The notes under the pieces were generated by a model. That model made no database searches. It was not told the origin of the DNA and worked only from the letters and a program-made list of their open reading frames with translations. From contig JANNLM010000026.1 of assembly GCA_031396825.1 (NCBI GenBank), positions 1 to 45,857 of the forward strand: a stretch of 45,857 nt of DNA. Reading direction: 5' to 3'. Source of the stretch: Gammaproteobacteria bacterium (GTDB taxonomy: Bacteria; Pseudomonadota; Gammaproteobacteria; Nevskiales; Nevskiaceae). Positions 24,732-34,754 of the stretch are shown here, piece after piece; within the stretch, counting starts at the first letter, position 1, and every line of letters begins with the position of its first letter. The position numbers and the translations under genes are program-made.

Positions 24732-27128
24732 TCAGCCAGCGCCCGGCCAGCGCCAGTTGCGGATCTCCGGCAGGTCCTGGCCGAACTTGTTGATGTGCAG
24801 CTTGTGCTCGACGAGCCTGGCTTCGAGCTGCCGGCGCAATGCAGCGCCCGGCGCGCCGGTCTGCGGCAGGCGGTCGATGGTGTCCATCACCAGGTGAAAG
24901 CGGTCGAGGTCGTTCAGCACCGTCATGTCAAACGCGGTGGTGACCGTGCCCTCCTCCTTGTAACCGCGCACATGAATGTTGTGGTGATTGGTGCGGCGGT
25001 ACGTCAGGCGATGGATCAGCCACGGATAGGCGTGAAACGCGAAGATCACCGGCTTGTCGCGCGTGAACAGCGCATCGAAGGCGTGGTCGGAGAGACCGTG
25101 CGGATGCTCGGTCGGCGACTGCAGGCGCATCAGGTCGACGACGTTGACCACGCGAATCTTCAGCGCCGGCAGACGCGCACGCAGGATCGAAACCGCAGCG
25201 AGCGTCTCCAGCGTCGGCACGTCGCCGCAGCAGGTCATGACCACGTCGGGCTCGCCGCCTGAATCGTTGCTGGCCCAATCCCAGACGCCGATGCCCGCGG
25301 CGCAGTGCGCGTCCGCGGCGTCCATCGCCAGCCACTGCGGCGCCGGATGCTTGCCGGCGACGATCACGTTGACGTAGTGCCGGCTGCGCAGGCAGTGGTC
25401 CATCACCGACAGCAGGCAGTTCGCATCGGGCGGCAGGTAGACACGCACGATCGCCGCCTTCTTGTTGACGACGTGATCGAGGAAGCCGGGATCCTGGTGG
25501 GTGAAGCCGTTGTGATCCTGGCGCCAGACATGCGACGCCAGCAGGTAATTCAGCGAAGCGATCTTGCGCCGCCACGGCAGCTGCGAGGTGACCTTGAGCC
25601 ACTTCGCGTGCTGGTTGAACATCGAATCGACGATGTGGATGAAGGCCTCGTAGCAATTGAAGATGCCGTGGCGCCCGGTGAGCAGGTAGCCCTCGAGCCA
25701 GCCTTCGCACTGGTGCTCGCTGAGCATTTCCATCACCCGCCCGGTCGGTGCGAGCCATTCGTCGGTCGGCAGCGTCGCCGCCTGCCACTGGCGCCGCGTC
25801 GTTTCGAACAGCGCTTCCAGGCCGTTCGACGCCGTCTCGTCGGGACCGAAGACGCGGAAGTTGCGCTGCGCTTCGTTGAGCCGGGCCACGTCACGGACGA
25901 AGCGTCCGCAGACGTGCGTGTCGCCGATGCCGGTAACGCCGGGTGCGGGCACCTCCACGGCGTAGTCGCGGAACGCCGGCATGGCAAGGTCGCGCAGCAG
26001 CAACCCGCCGTTGGCATGCGGATTCGCGCCCATGCGTCGCTTGCCTGCAGGCGCGAGTTCGGCCAGCGCGGGGATCAAGCGTCCGCGTGGGTCGAACAGT
26101 TCCTGCGGCCGGTAACTGCGCAGCCAGTCCTCCAGCAACTGCAGGTGACCGGGATGCCTGGCCGGATCCGACAGCGGCACCTGGTGCGAGCGGAACGTGC
26201 CCTCGACCTGCTTGCCGTCGACGACCTGCGGGCCGGTCCAGCCCTTCGGTGAACTCAGCACGATCATGGGCCAGCGCGGCCGGCCGACCTTGCCGTGCAC
26301 GCGCGCATCCCGCTGATGCGTCTTGATCTGCGCGACGGCGGCGTCGAGCGCCGCGGCCATCGCCTGATGCATCAGCGCGGGCTCGTGCCCTTCGACGAAG
26401 GTCGGCGTCCAGCCATAACCCCGCAGCAGTTGCTCGAGCTCTTCGTGCGTGATGCGCGCGAGGATGGCGGGACTCGCGATCTTGTAGCCGTTGAGATGCA
26501 GGATCGGCAGCACCGCGCCGTCGGTGGCCGCATCGAGGAACTTGTTCGAATGCCAGGCCGTCGCCAGCGGCCCGGTCTCCGCCTCGCCGTCGCCGATCAC
26601 GCAGGCCACGATGAGATCGGGATTGTCGAACACGGCGCCGAAGGCATGGCTCAGCGAATAGCCCAGCTCCCCGCCCTCGTGGATCGACCCGGGACACTCG
26701 GGCGAAGCGTGACTGGGAATCCCGCCTGGAAACGAGAACTGCAGGAACAGCTTCTGCAATCCGGCTTCATCCTGGCTGATGTGCGGATAGACCTCGCTGT
26801 ACGTGCCCTCGAGGTAGGTATTGGCGACGACGGCGGGGCCGCCGTGCCCGGGCCCCGAGACGTAGATCATGTCGAGGTCGTATTGGCGGATGATCCGGTT
26901 CAGGTGAACGTAGATGAAGTTTTGTCCCGGCGTCGTGCCCCAGTGGCCGAGCAGCATCGGCTTGACGTCGGCGAGCGTGAGGGGGCGCTTGAGCAGCGGG
27001 TTGTCGTAGAGATAGATCTGGCCGGCCGACAGATAATTCGCAGCCCGCCAGTAGGCATTCATCCTCGCAAGGAGGTCGGACGAGAGCGGTTGGTTCACAG
27101 TTTGTTCCTGGTCAGCAGACGGATGCAC
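24732..27128 (-). CDS. xfp: Xylulose-5-phosphate/fructose-6-phosphate phosphoketolase
   Basis: 798 aa. [40 protein letters not shown] and [13 protein letters not shown] (ThDP site) are present. Confidence 0.95.
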   Translation of the reverse strand: MHPSADQEQTVNQPLSSDLLARMNAYWRAANYLSAGQIYLYDNPLLKRPLTLADVKPMLLGHWGTTPGQNFIYVHLNRIIRQYDLDMIYVSGPGHGGPAVVANTYLEGTYSEVYPHISQDEAGLQKLFLQFSFPGGIPSHASPECPGSIHEGGELGYSLSHAFGAVFDNPDLIVACVIGDGEAETGPLATAWHSNKFLDAATDGAVLPILHLNGYKIASPAILARITHEELEQLLRGYGWTPTFVEGHEPALMHQAMAAALDAAVAQIKTHQRDARVHGKVGRPRWPMIVLSSPKGWTGPQVVDGKQVEGTFRSHQVPLSDPARHPGHLQLLEDWLRSYRPQELFDPRGRLIPALAELAPAGKRRMGANPHANGGLLLRDLAMPAFRDYAVEVPAPGVTGIGDTHVCGRFVRDVARLNEAQRNFRVFGPDETASNGLEALFETTRRQWQAATLPTDEWLAPTGRVMEMLSEHQCEGWLEGYLLTGRHGIFNCYEAFIHIVDSMFNQHAKWLKVTSQLPWRRKIASLNYLLASHVWRQDHNGFTHQDPGFLDHVVNKKAAIVRVYLPPDANCLLSVMDHCLRSRHYVNVIVAGKHPAPQWLAMDAADAHCAAGIGVWDWASNDSGGEPDVVMTCCGDVPTLETLAAVSILRARLPALKIRVVNVVDLMRLQSPTEHPHGLSDHAFDALFTRDKPVIFAFHAYPWLIHRLTYRRTNHHNIHVRGYKEEGTVTTAFDMTVLNDLDRFHLVMDTIDRLPQTGAPGAALRRQLEARLVEHKLHINKFGQDLPEIRNWRWPGAG

Positions 27129-27130
27129 AT

Positions 27131-28336
27131 TCAGGCGCTCGGCTGAAGGCGCAGAGTCGCGCGCGCGATCATCGCCTCTTCATAAGTGCGGATCATCCGC
27201 ACCGTGACCGTACTTGCATCGGCGGAAAGGACCGCTTCGTTCTCCGTGTTGCGGCGATCGTCCAGGGCCACGCCGAGGAATCCAAGGCGCTCGCAGATGC
27301 GCTGACGGATCACCGGCGCGTTCTCGCCAACGCCGCCGGAGAAAACGAGTGTGTCGAGGCCGGCGAGGGCCGCGGCAAACGCGCCTATCGATTTGCAGAC
27401 CTGATAGCAGTAGAGGGCGATGGCCTCCGCCGCGCGAACATCGACTGCTTCGCGCGAGAGCAGATCGCGCAGGTCCGAGCTGGTCTCCGATATGCCCAGC
27501 AATCCCGATTCGTGATTCACCATGGCATGGAACGCCTCGGGGCTCATGTTCTCGCTATGCGCGAGATACCACGCAAGGCCGGGATCGAGGTCTCCGGAGC
27601 GCGTGCTCATGGGGACTCCGCCAGCCGGCGTGAATGACATCGTCGTGTCCACGCTCTGGTTGTCACGGACTGCGGCGAGGCTCGAGCCATTTCCCAGATG
27701 GGCAAGGATGACGCGGCCGCGCGATGCGTCGGGGCCTGCAACGCGCTCGAGCTCTTCCATGAGAAACGCATAGGAAAGGCCATGAAAGCCGAAGCGGCGG
27801 ATGCCTTTCTCATGGAGGCGCCGTGGGATCGGCAGAAGCTGCGCGACGCGCGGCAAGTCGCGATGAAAGGTCGTGTCGAAGCACGCCACCTGCGGGACAT
27901 CCGGCAAGCGTTGGCGAAAGCGTTCGATGAGGCCGATCGCCACCGGCAGGTGCTCGGCGCTGTAATTCTTCAACCCGCGAAGCGCTTGCAGGAGCTCATC
28001 GTCGATTCGCGCGGGTGCGCTGTGTCGCGGCCCGCCGTGCACTACACGGTGGCCCACTGCCTTGACTGCGACAAGGAGCTGGGCCTCTTCGAGCCAGTCG
28101 ATCAGCGCGGCTGCGGCGCCGCTGTGGTCGCCGGCATCGATTGCGCGACTCTGCGCGCGAGCACCGGCCGGGGCGTCGACCGCGAGCGTTGTGCCGGGAA
28201 GACCGATGCGTTCGATCTTTCCGCGGCGGCGTCGCAGCAGCGGTTCGGTCACATCGTATAACGCGAACCTGATGCTCGATGAGCCGGCATTGATCGCCAG
28301 CACGCATGCCGCATCGCCAGGCGCGTTGCGGCTCAT
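27131..28336 (-). CDS. ackA: Acetate kinase
   Basis: [34 protein letters not shown] and [10 protein letters not shown] are present. ATG 28336 forms an ATGA overlap with the upstream stop. The ackA stop lies 2 nt before the xfp start. Confidence 0.88.
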   Translation of the reverse strand: MSRNAPGDAACVLAINAGSSSIRFALYDVTEPLLRRRRGKIERIGLPGTTLAVDAPAGARAQSRAIDAGDHSGAAAALIDWLEEAQLLVAVKAVGHRVVHGGPRHSAPARIDDELLQALRGLKNYSAEHLPVAIGLIERFRQRLPDVPQVACFDTTFHRDLPRVAQLLPIPRRLHEKGIRRFGFHGLSYAFLMEELERVAGPDASRGRVILAHLGNGSSLAAVRDNQSVDTTMSFTPAGGVPMSTRSGDLDPGLAWYLAHSENMSPEAFHAMVNHESGLLGISETSSDLRDLLSREAVDVRAAEAIALYCYQVCKSIGAFAAALAGLDTLVFSGGVGENAPVIRQRICERLGFLGVALDDRRNTENEAVLSADASTVTVRMIRTYEEAMIARATLRLQPSA

Positions 28337-29655
28337 GCCGGCGGGGCCCCGCTGGTGAGCCACCCTCCCGAGAAACCCGCTCGCCGCAAGCCGTTGACGA
28401 TGCATGGGCTGTTTCTCATCAATCGCCATAACAACCCGCTGCGATAGTTTTCGATCATCAAAACGATCGGCCCCTGGTTGAGCCCGTAGTGCCACGGTGA
28501 GACCCACCAGCCATAGGGATTGCCGGGCTTGCCCGGGTGGGATGGATTGAAAGACGCCTTGAAGCCGTAAGAGTTGAACTGGGTCAACTTGGCCTGATGA
28601 AGGCAGTGGTGGAGCGCAGGCAGTACGATTTCGGGTGCGAATGGCAGCGACGCCACCAACGCCCACGGAGCAAGGGTGCCATCGTCGGGTCCGTACGGCA
28701 CGCCGCGCCCCACGTAATCGAACAACTGCCGCTCGACGCCGTTTACTTCGAGCGTACCGGGGCCGGGGCCTTCGCTCGAGGTGATGCCAAAGCAATGGGG
28801 GCCGTAGTCCTTGAATCTGAGTGGGTTGTCGATTGCATACTGCTGCTGCACATACGTCGCCCGCCGGCTATTCTCGAAGTAGTCGATGCCTTTCTCACGC
28901 ATGAACGCGTCCTGAATTCCGCGGAAGTCGATCCAGACGTGCGAGAGCTGATGGGTAAATAACGGCCCGGCGTAGAGATAGTCCTGTCCGTAGCAGTGCT
29001 CCCACTTGTAAGTCGAAGCCCACGCCGCGTAGCTCTCCTCGGGCAACGGATGCGTCGGCGATCCCAGCCCCAGCGCATACAGCAGCAGGGCCTCGTCGTA
29101 GCCTTCCCAACGGTAGTTGAGGAAGCCGCTTTCCGGCATCCAGCCGTGCGTCACCGTTGCACCCTGGTTCTGTGCCCATTGCCAGTCGGCGCGGCGATAG
29201 AGCGCGTCGCTAAGGGTTCGGATTTCACTCTCGTCGGCTGTGTCGGCGTCGAAATAAATCCCCGCCGTCAGGGCGCCGGCGAGCAAAAACGCGCTGTCCA
29301 CTGTCGACAGCTCGCATTGCCAGGCGCGACGGCCGGTCTGCATGTCGAGAAAATGATAGTAAAACCCCTTGTAACCGGTCGCGTCGGGTTCGGGGCCTTG
29401 GGTGCTGTTCCAGAAAAAGCGCAGCGTCGCCAGCGTTCGTTCCACCGCTGCGGCCCGCGACATGAATCCGCGTTCGACGCTTACCGGGTAACAGGCTAAC
29501 GCCAGGCCGGTAGCGGCAATGCTGGAAGGCCAATCCGCCGCGGTTTTGTCGATCACCAGCCCGTTGGCGGGATTCGTTTCATGCAAGAAGTAATCGAATG
29601 TTTCGCGCTGCAGGTTTTCAAGTTCCGCATCGACGGTCAGTTTCTCGCTGCTCAT
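28333..29655 (-). CDS. Cytoplasmic glucoamylase-like (alpha/alpha)6-barrel protein (family that contains GH144 endo-beta-1,2-glucanases)
   Basis: 440 aa with no signal peptide (MSSEKLTVDAELENLQ). Blocks GFYYHFLD, STVDSAFLLAGAL, WEGYDEALLLYALGLGS and GLNQGPIVLMIENYRSGL resemble the 'putative glucoamylase' family as I recall it. The assignment is from memory. Confidence 0.5.
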   Translation of the reverse strand: MSSEKLTVDAELENLQRETFDYFLHETNPANGLVIDKTAADWPSSIAATGLALACYPVSVERGFMSRAAAVERTLATLRFFWNSTQGPEPDATGYKGFYYHFLDMQTGRRAWQCELSTVDSAFLLAGALTAGIYFDADTADESEIRTLSDALYRRADWQWAQNQGATVTHGWMPESGFLNYRWEGYDEALLLYALGLGSPTHPLPEESYAAWASTYKWEHCYGQDYLYAGPLFTHQLSHVWIDFRGIQDAFMREKGIDYFENSRRATYVQQQYAIDNPLRFKDYGPHCFGITSSEGPGPGTLEVNGVERQLFDYVGRGVPYGPDDGTLAPWALVASLPFAPEIVLPALHHCLHQAKLTQFNSYGFKASFNPSHPGKPGNPYGWWVSPWHYGLNQGPIVLMIENYRSGLLWRLMRNSPCIVNGLRRAGFSGGWLTSGAPPA

Positions 29656-29737
29656 GATGACGTCCGGTTTGCCGGCCCCCTGTGCGAGGCTGCCGCGACG
29701 AGGGACTTCCTGATTGTCACCTCACGCCTCCGCCGAA

Positions 29738-30823
29738 TCAGCCGACCTTCTCGAACTGGGCGCTCTTCTCCGCAATGCTGGCGAGGAGCGCGTCCCAGGA
29801 TCTGCCGAACGCCGCGGCGCCATCCTTTTGGAGCTTCGTTGCCAGCGCGTCGAGGTCGACGCCCGCTTGCGTGAACCGGTCGAGCACGTCCTCGGCGTCG
29901 CCCCCGTCGTGCGGCAGCATCGCGTCGATCTCGCCGTGGTCGGCGAGTGCCAACAGCGTCTTCTCCGGGATCGTGTTGACGCAATGCGGCGCCGCCAGCG
30001 ACTCGACGTAGAGGATGTCCGACACGTTCGGATCCTTGGTGCCGGTGCTCCCCCAGAGCAGCCGTTGCGCGCGCGCGCCGACGTTGAGGAGACGCAGCCA
30101 GCGATCGGACGCGAGCAGATCGCGATACGCCTTGTAGGTGCGTTTCGCCATGGCGATGCCGAGCTGGTTGTCGAGCGCCGCGGGCCCCTTCCCGACGATT
30201 GCCGCGTCCCAGCGGCTCACGAACAATGAGGCCACCGACTCCACATGCGGATTCAGGCCCACCGCCACGCGCCGCTCGATACCCCGGATGTAGGCCTCTG
30301 CTGCCGCCAGGTAGTGCTCGCGGGAAAAGAGCAGTGTCACGTTGATCGGCACCCCCGCGAAGATCGCCTCCTCGATGGCCCGGATGCCCTCGCGCGTGCC
30401 CGGAATCTTGATGAAGAGGTTGGGCCGGGCCGCCTGCGCGTGAAGCGCTTGCGCCGCCGCAACAGTGCCCTTCGTGTCGTAGGCCAGTTTCGGCGAAACC
30501 TCGAGCGACACCCAACCGTCGACGCGGTTTGTCGCCTCGTGGATCGGACGGAAGAGATCCGCGGCGCGAACCAGGTCTTCGATCGCGAGCTCGAAAAAGA
30601 GCGCCTCGCCGGACTTGCCCGCCGCCGTCTTCTCACCGATCGCCGCGTCGTAATCGCGGCTATTCTTGATCGCCTGCTCGAATATCGTCGGGTTGGAGGT
30701 GAGGCCGGTGACGGAGAGCTCGGTGATGTAGCGCTGTAGACCGCCGCCGGCGAGGAGCGCGCGGGTAATATTGTCGAGCCAGAGACTCTGGCCGGCGGCG
30801 TGAAGCTGCTGGGTGGCTTTCAT
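29738..30823 (-). CDS. tal: Transaldolase (long form)
   Basis: GQSLWLDNITR, VTGLTSNPTIFEQAI and PNLFIKIPGT (Schiff-base Lys region) are present. Length 361 aa. Confidence 0.9.
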   Translation of the reverse strand: MKATQQLHAAGQSLWLDNITRALLAGGGLQRYITELSVTGLTSNPTIFEQAIKNSRDYDAAIGEKTAAGKSGEALFFELAIEDLVRAADLFRPIHEATNRVDGWVSLEVSPKLAYDTKGTVAAAQALHAQAARPNLFIKIPGTREGIRAIEEAIFAGVPINVTLLFSREHYLAAAEAYIRGIERRVAVGLNPHVESVASLFVSRWDAAIVGKGPAALDNQLGIAMAKRTYKAYRDLLASDRWLRLLNVGARAQRLLWGSTGTKDPNVSDILYVESLAAPHCVNTIPEKTLLALADHGEIDAMLPHDGGDAEDVLDRFTQAGVDLDALATKLQKDGAAAFGRSWDALLASIAEKSAQFEKVG

Positions 30824-30853
30824 CGTGTGTCCTCCGCCAGCGCCGCTTCGACC

Positions 30854-31237
30854 TTACTCGCGCTTACCTTCCTTGGTGTGATCCATGCCTTCCTTCATTC
30901 CCTTCTCCATCATTTCGTCAGCGTGACCAGGTCCCGGACCGGCGGCCTGCTGCTTGATCGTCATTTGGTCAACGACGTTGGCTACACCGTCGGTTCCGCG
31001 GGCTATTACGACAGCTCGTTCCTTGACGGCAGAGGTATCGACAGTTCCTGACAGGGTGACGACTCTCTTCTGCACACTGACGTTGATCGGAGCGGCCCCG
31101 ACCGATGCGTCCGCGGTGAGGTTCGTTTTGACTTTCGTGCCGATTCCGTCGTCGGTGGGGCCGCAACCCGCAGTAATGAACGCAACCGCTGCCAGTACAC
31201 CGACGAACGCACGATGTTGCTGATTCATGATTTTCAT
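30854..31237 (-). CDS. BON-domain lipoprotein (OsmY-like)
   Basis: Lipobox ITAGC. BON core INVSVQKRVVTLSGTVDTSAVKERAVVIARGTDGVANVVDQM. The tail is HADEMMEKGMKEGMDH. Confidence 0.7.
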   Translation of the reverse strand: MKIMNQQHRAFVGVLAAVAFITAGCGPTDDGIGTKVKTNLTADASVGAAPINVSVQKRVVTLSGTVDTSAVKERAVVIARGTDGVANVVDQMTIKQQAAGPGPGHADEMMEKGMKEGMDHTKEGKRE

Positions 31238-31256
31238 CTCCTTAGGCGGGACTCGA

Positions 31257-31730
31257 CTACATGTGGCCCATGGGCATCGCCGCCTGATCGCTCTGCATCA
31301 TCTGTTCCATCATCATTTGCATCATGTCCATGCGCGTTTCCATCTCGTCCTGACGCGTTTTCATGCCGTCACCCGGCATAGCACCGCTTTTCTTGTCTCC
31401 CATAGCCATGCCGCCGCCCTTCATCGCCGGGCCGCCCATGCTGCGCATCGCCTTCATGTTTTCCTGCATGAGCTGCATGTGTTCCTGCATCAGCTTCTGG
31501 CGCTCCTTCGGGTCGGTGGTCGTGGCGATCTTGTCCATCTGCTGCTGCATTTTTTTCATGTTGTCCTGCATCTTGCCCACTGGCTTGTCCATATCCATCT
31601 TCATTGCCGGCTTGGCGGGCGCGGACTTTGCCGGCGCTGGCTTTTCCATGTCCATGTTCATCTGCGCTGATGCGAGCGGCGCCGACAAGGCACAGGAAAC
31701 GATTGCGGACATCAGCACTGAGGTTTTCAT
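31257..31730 (-). CDS. Secreted, extremely Met-rich helical protein (35 Met in 157 aa)
   Basis: Signal peptide MKTSVLMSAIVSCALSAPLASA. Repeats of the type MNMDMEKP / MKMDMDKP, MQEHMQLMQENMKAM and RMDMMQMMMEQMMQ. I counted the Met residues by hand. Confidence 0.7.
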   Translation of the reverse strand: MKTSVLMSAIVSCALSAPLASAQMNMDMEKPAPAKSAPAKPAMKMDMDKPVGKMQDNMKKMQQQMDKIATTTDPKERQKLMQEHMQLMQENMKAMRSMGGPAMKGGGMAMGDKKSGAMPGDGMKTRQDEMETRMDMMQMMMEQMMQSDQAAMPMGHM

Positions 31731-31941
31731 GGCGGTCTTTACCTTTGGGGTTGGATAACTTCATGGTTCCATTGGGCGCGACGACGGATACCCTCAGTCG
31801 GCGCAACAACGCCCCGCCCCAGTGCAAGTGAGCGGGTTTAATCAGAACCAGTCTGGGCGTCGATTCCGTTCACCGTCCGTGCGCCACCGAACTTAGCGTC
31901 GTCGGAGCCCGGCATCGCTTCGTCGGATCGGCCATTGACGA

Positions 31942-34437
31942 TCAAGCGCGTGCCTTATCCGGTTGCGGGGCTGCCGCTGCGGTTGGCGTGCCCACTGGCT
32001 TCGGCGTGGCTGTCGCGTCGGACGTACCGGGCGCCGCGTTCTTGCCAGGCTGACGGATGCCTGCCAGTTTGGTGCGCTTCAGCATCAGCGCATTGATCGC
32101 CACCACGAGCGTGCTGCCGGACATTGACAGCGCCGCGACTTCGGGACTCAGTACGAACGGAAAAAAGACGCCCGCCGCGAGCGGGAAGGCGATCGCGTTA
32201 TAGCCCACCGCCCACCAGAGATTCTGGTGCATTTTTCGCAACGTTGCGCGCGAGAGTTCGATCGCGGCAACAATGTCGTACGGGTCACTCTTCATGAGCA
32301 CAACGTCGGCGCTTTCCATCGCGACGTCGGTGCCGGCGCCAATCGCAAACCCCACGTTGGCCTGCGTGAGCGCAGGCGCATCGTTGACGCCATCGCCGAC
32401 CATTCCGACTTTCTTCCCCGCAGCCTGCAGCTCCTTCACCTTGTCCGCCTTCTGACCCGGCAACACGTCGGCGAGCACGGTGTCGATACCGAGATCTGCC
32501 GCGATGCGCTTGGCGGTGGCCGCGTTGTCGCCGGTCAACATGACCACTTCGATACTCCGTTCGCGAAGTTTTGCCACCGCCGCCTTGGAGGTTGGCCTGA
32601 TCGCATCGGCGATCGCGATGAGGCCAATGACGTGCGCCGCCGGAGAGACATGGATTGCCGTGCGCCCGTCACTCTGCATGCGAGTGGCTTCGGCCTCGAG
32701 GGGGCCGAGCGCGAGTTGTTGCGTATCCATCAGCAATCGGTTGCCGAGGAACACCGTTCCGCCTGCGGTCTCGGCGCGCGCGCCCATGCCGTCGAGACTT
32801 TCGAACGCGGTCGGTGCCGCGACGGTGAGATGCGACGCCCGGCGCAGAATTGCCTGCGCGAGCGGATGGTCGGAGCCCTGCTCGACGGCGGCCGCGGCGG
32901 TCAGCAACACGTCTTCGGTGATGCCGTCTGCCGTCACGATCTCGACGACCTCGGGCTGGCCGATGGTGAGCGTGCCGGTCTTGTCGAAGACGATGACGTT
33001 CAGCTTGGTAGCGTCTTCGAGCGCCGATGCGTTCTTGAAGAGAATGCCGCGCGTCGCGCCGAGGCCCGTTCCCACCATGACTGCCATGGGCGTGGCGAGC
33101 CCGAGTGCGTCCGGGCACGCGATCACGAAGACCGTGATAGTCAGCGTCACGGCGAATAGCAGTGGCTGGCCGATCCACCAGAACCAGACGGCGAAGGTCG
33201 CAAGACCGACCACGATTGCCGCAATGACCAGCCATTGCGCGGCTTTGTCGGCCAGGAGCTGCGCCGGCGCTTTGGAGTTCTGCGCTTCCTGCACGAGCTT
33301 GACGATCTGCGCGAGCGCCGAGTCGGCCCCAACCTTCGTCGCCTTATAGCGAAAGCTGCCGCTCTTGTTGATCGTCGCGCCGATCACCGTGGAGCCCGGG
33401 CCCTTCTGCACCGGCATCGACTCGCCGGTAAGCATGGACTCGTCGACCAGCGATTCCCCGTTCTCCACGGTGCCGTCGACCGGAATCTTGTTGCCCGGCC
33501 GGATCACGACAATCTCGCCCGCCAATACCTCTGCAGTCGGCACTTCGACCTCGGCACCATTGCGGATGACGTTGGCCTTGGTCGGCGTGAGGTCCATCAG
33601 CGCCTTGATGGCGGATGATGCACCCGCGCGCGCGCGCATCTCCAGCCAGTGGCCGAGCAGGATAAAAACCAGCAGGACGGCGGCGGCTTCGAAGAACTGC
33701 CCTTCGCCCTCGAAGAAGAAAGTGGTGCCGACACTGAACAGATAGCCAGTGCCCACGCTCAACACGATCAGCGCCGCCATGCCCAGAGTCCCCTTCCTGA
33801 GCGCGCGCCAGGCTGAGACAAAGAACGGCCAGCTCGGATAAAGAATCGCGGCGCTTGCGAAGAAGAATAACCACAGGTTGAGCTCCAGCCCGAACGGTGG
33901 CGCCGGCGGTTCGAACATACCGCCCATCGGTGCGTAGACAAAGATCGGCACGGTGAAGGCCAGGCAGATCCAGAAGCGGTTGCGCATGTCGCGAACCATG
34001 GCCGGCAGATCCTTGCCGCCATGGCCCATCTCATGCGCCATATCCGCCGGCAGAGCGGGCTGCGGTTCCGGCACCGCGTGGCCCTCGTGGCCTTTGTCTG
34101 TGGGTGCGGCCGGCGCGGCGCCTGCGGGCGCTTCCGGGGCAGTTTTCGGCGCAGCGGGTGCGGGGGTTGCAGCTGGCTCGCCCGTCGCGGCGCGGCCTTC
34201 GTGACCGTCGCCCGCCGAAGCGGCGGTTGGCTCAGCGGAGTCATGCGCGCGTTGGCGCACGGCCGACTTGATATCAGCGACCTCGAGTCGGGTTTCGTCG
34301 TAGCGCACTGTGGCGCTTCCCGCAGCGAAATTTACGGTAACGCTTTCGACACCAGACACCTCGCCAATCCGCTCTTCCACTCCGTCCACGCTCAATACCG
34401 ACAGCATGTCGTGCACGTCCATAACGCTTGTTTTCAT
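31942..34437 (-). CDS. P1B-type ATPase with P1B-3 (CopB-type) TM7/TM8 signatures, a CPD TM6 motif and a cysteine-less HMA-like N-terminal domain
   Basis: DKTGTLT, TGES and GDGVNDAP are present. TM6 is [14 protein letters not shown]7 is N-x5-GYN-x4-P ([14 protein letters not shown]). TM8 is P-x6-MSxST-x5-N ([18 protein letters not shown]). The N-terminal ferredoxin-like domain has DMLSVLS where HMA domains have GMTCxxC. AGGAG lies 5 nt upstream of ATG 34437; the track start at 34440 is a GTG. Confidence 0.88.
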   Translation of the reverse strand: MKTSVMDVHDMLSVLSVDGVEERIGEVSGVESVTVNFAAGSATVRYDETRLEVADIKSAVRQRAHDSAEPTAASAGDGHEGRAATGEPAATPAPAAPKTAPEAPAGAAPAAPTDKGHEGHAVPEPQPALPADMAHEMGHGGKDLPAMVRDMRNRFWICLAFTVPIFVYAPMGGMFEPPAPPFGLELNLWLFFFASAAILYPSWPFFVSAWRALRKGTLGMAALIVLSVGTGYLFSVGTTFFFEGEGQFFEAAAVLLVFILLGHWLEMRARAGASSAIKALMDLTPTKANVIRNGAEVEVPTAEVLAGEIVVIRPGNKIPVDGTVENGESLVDESMLTGESMPVQKGPGSTVIGATINKSGSFRYKATKVGADSALAQIVKLVQEAQNSKAPAQLLADKAAQWLVIAAIVVGLATFAVWFWWIGQPLLFAVTLTITVFVIACPDALGLATPMAVMVGTGLGATRGILFKNASALEDATKLNVIVFDKTGTLTIGQPEVVEIVTADGITEDVLLTAAAAVEQGSDHPLAQAILRRASHLTVAAPTAFESLDGMGARAETAGGTVFLGNRLLMDTQQLALGPLEAEATRMQSDGRTAIHVSPAAHVIGLIAIADAIRPTSKAAVAKLRERSIEVVMLTGDNAATAKRIAADLGIDTVLADVLPGQKADKVKELQAAGKKVGMVGDGVNDAPALTQANVGFAIGAGTDVAMESADVVLMKSDPYDIVAAIELSRATLRKMHQNLWWAVGYNAIAFPLAAGVFFPFVLSPEVAALSMSGSTLVVAINALMLKRTKLAGIRQPGKNAAPGTSDATATPKPVGTPTAAAAPQPDKARA

Positions 34438-34465
34438 CACGTCTCCTAAACGCCGTCGTTATTCA
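34194..34465 (-). repeat. Direct repeat copy 1 (5' end of the ATPase gene plus its RBS/leader)
   Basis: Roughly 90% identical by eye over about 270 nt to 35411-35680. The match includes the Shine-Dalgarno region and about 25 nt of upstream leader. Confidence 0.85.
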
Positions 34466-34494
34466 TTTAGGGCATCCGGATTCGTGATGGCATA

Positions 34495-34749
34495 TCACCG
34501 CAGTCTCTTGCTCCAGAAGCCCGATGCGATTCCATGGATTGCGCCGAGCACAAAACCAGCGACGGTGAACAGCGTGAATCCCGTCAGAAAACCGAGGGGG
34601 CTACCGGAGATCAGCCACGGACTCGCCGGCGCCAATGCAGCAATCAGTCCGAAGGGCGGAAACAGAACATCGAAAATGACGCAAAAGACATAGGTCAAAG
34701 CCAGAGTCGTCGCCAGAGAAAACGCAGGTACTTTCCAGGAATGTGTCAT
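34495..34749 (-). CDS. Small membrane protein (84 aa, 2-3 TM), unknown function
   Basis: ATG 34749 opens MTHSWKVPAFSLATTLALTYVFCVIFDVLFPPFGLIAALAP...GFTLFTVAGFVLGAIHGIASGFW. It lies in a locally low-GC patch. Confidence 0.5.
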   Translation of the reverse strand: MTHSWKVPAFSLATTLALTYVFCVIFDVLFPPFGLIAALAPASPWLISGSPLGFLTGFTLFTVAGFVLGAIHGIASGFWSKRLR

Positions 34750-34754
34750 GACAC

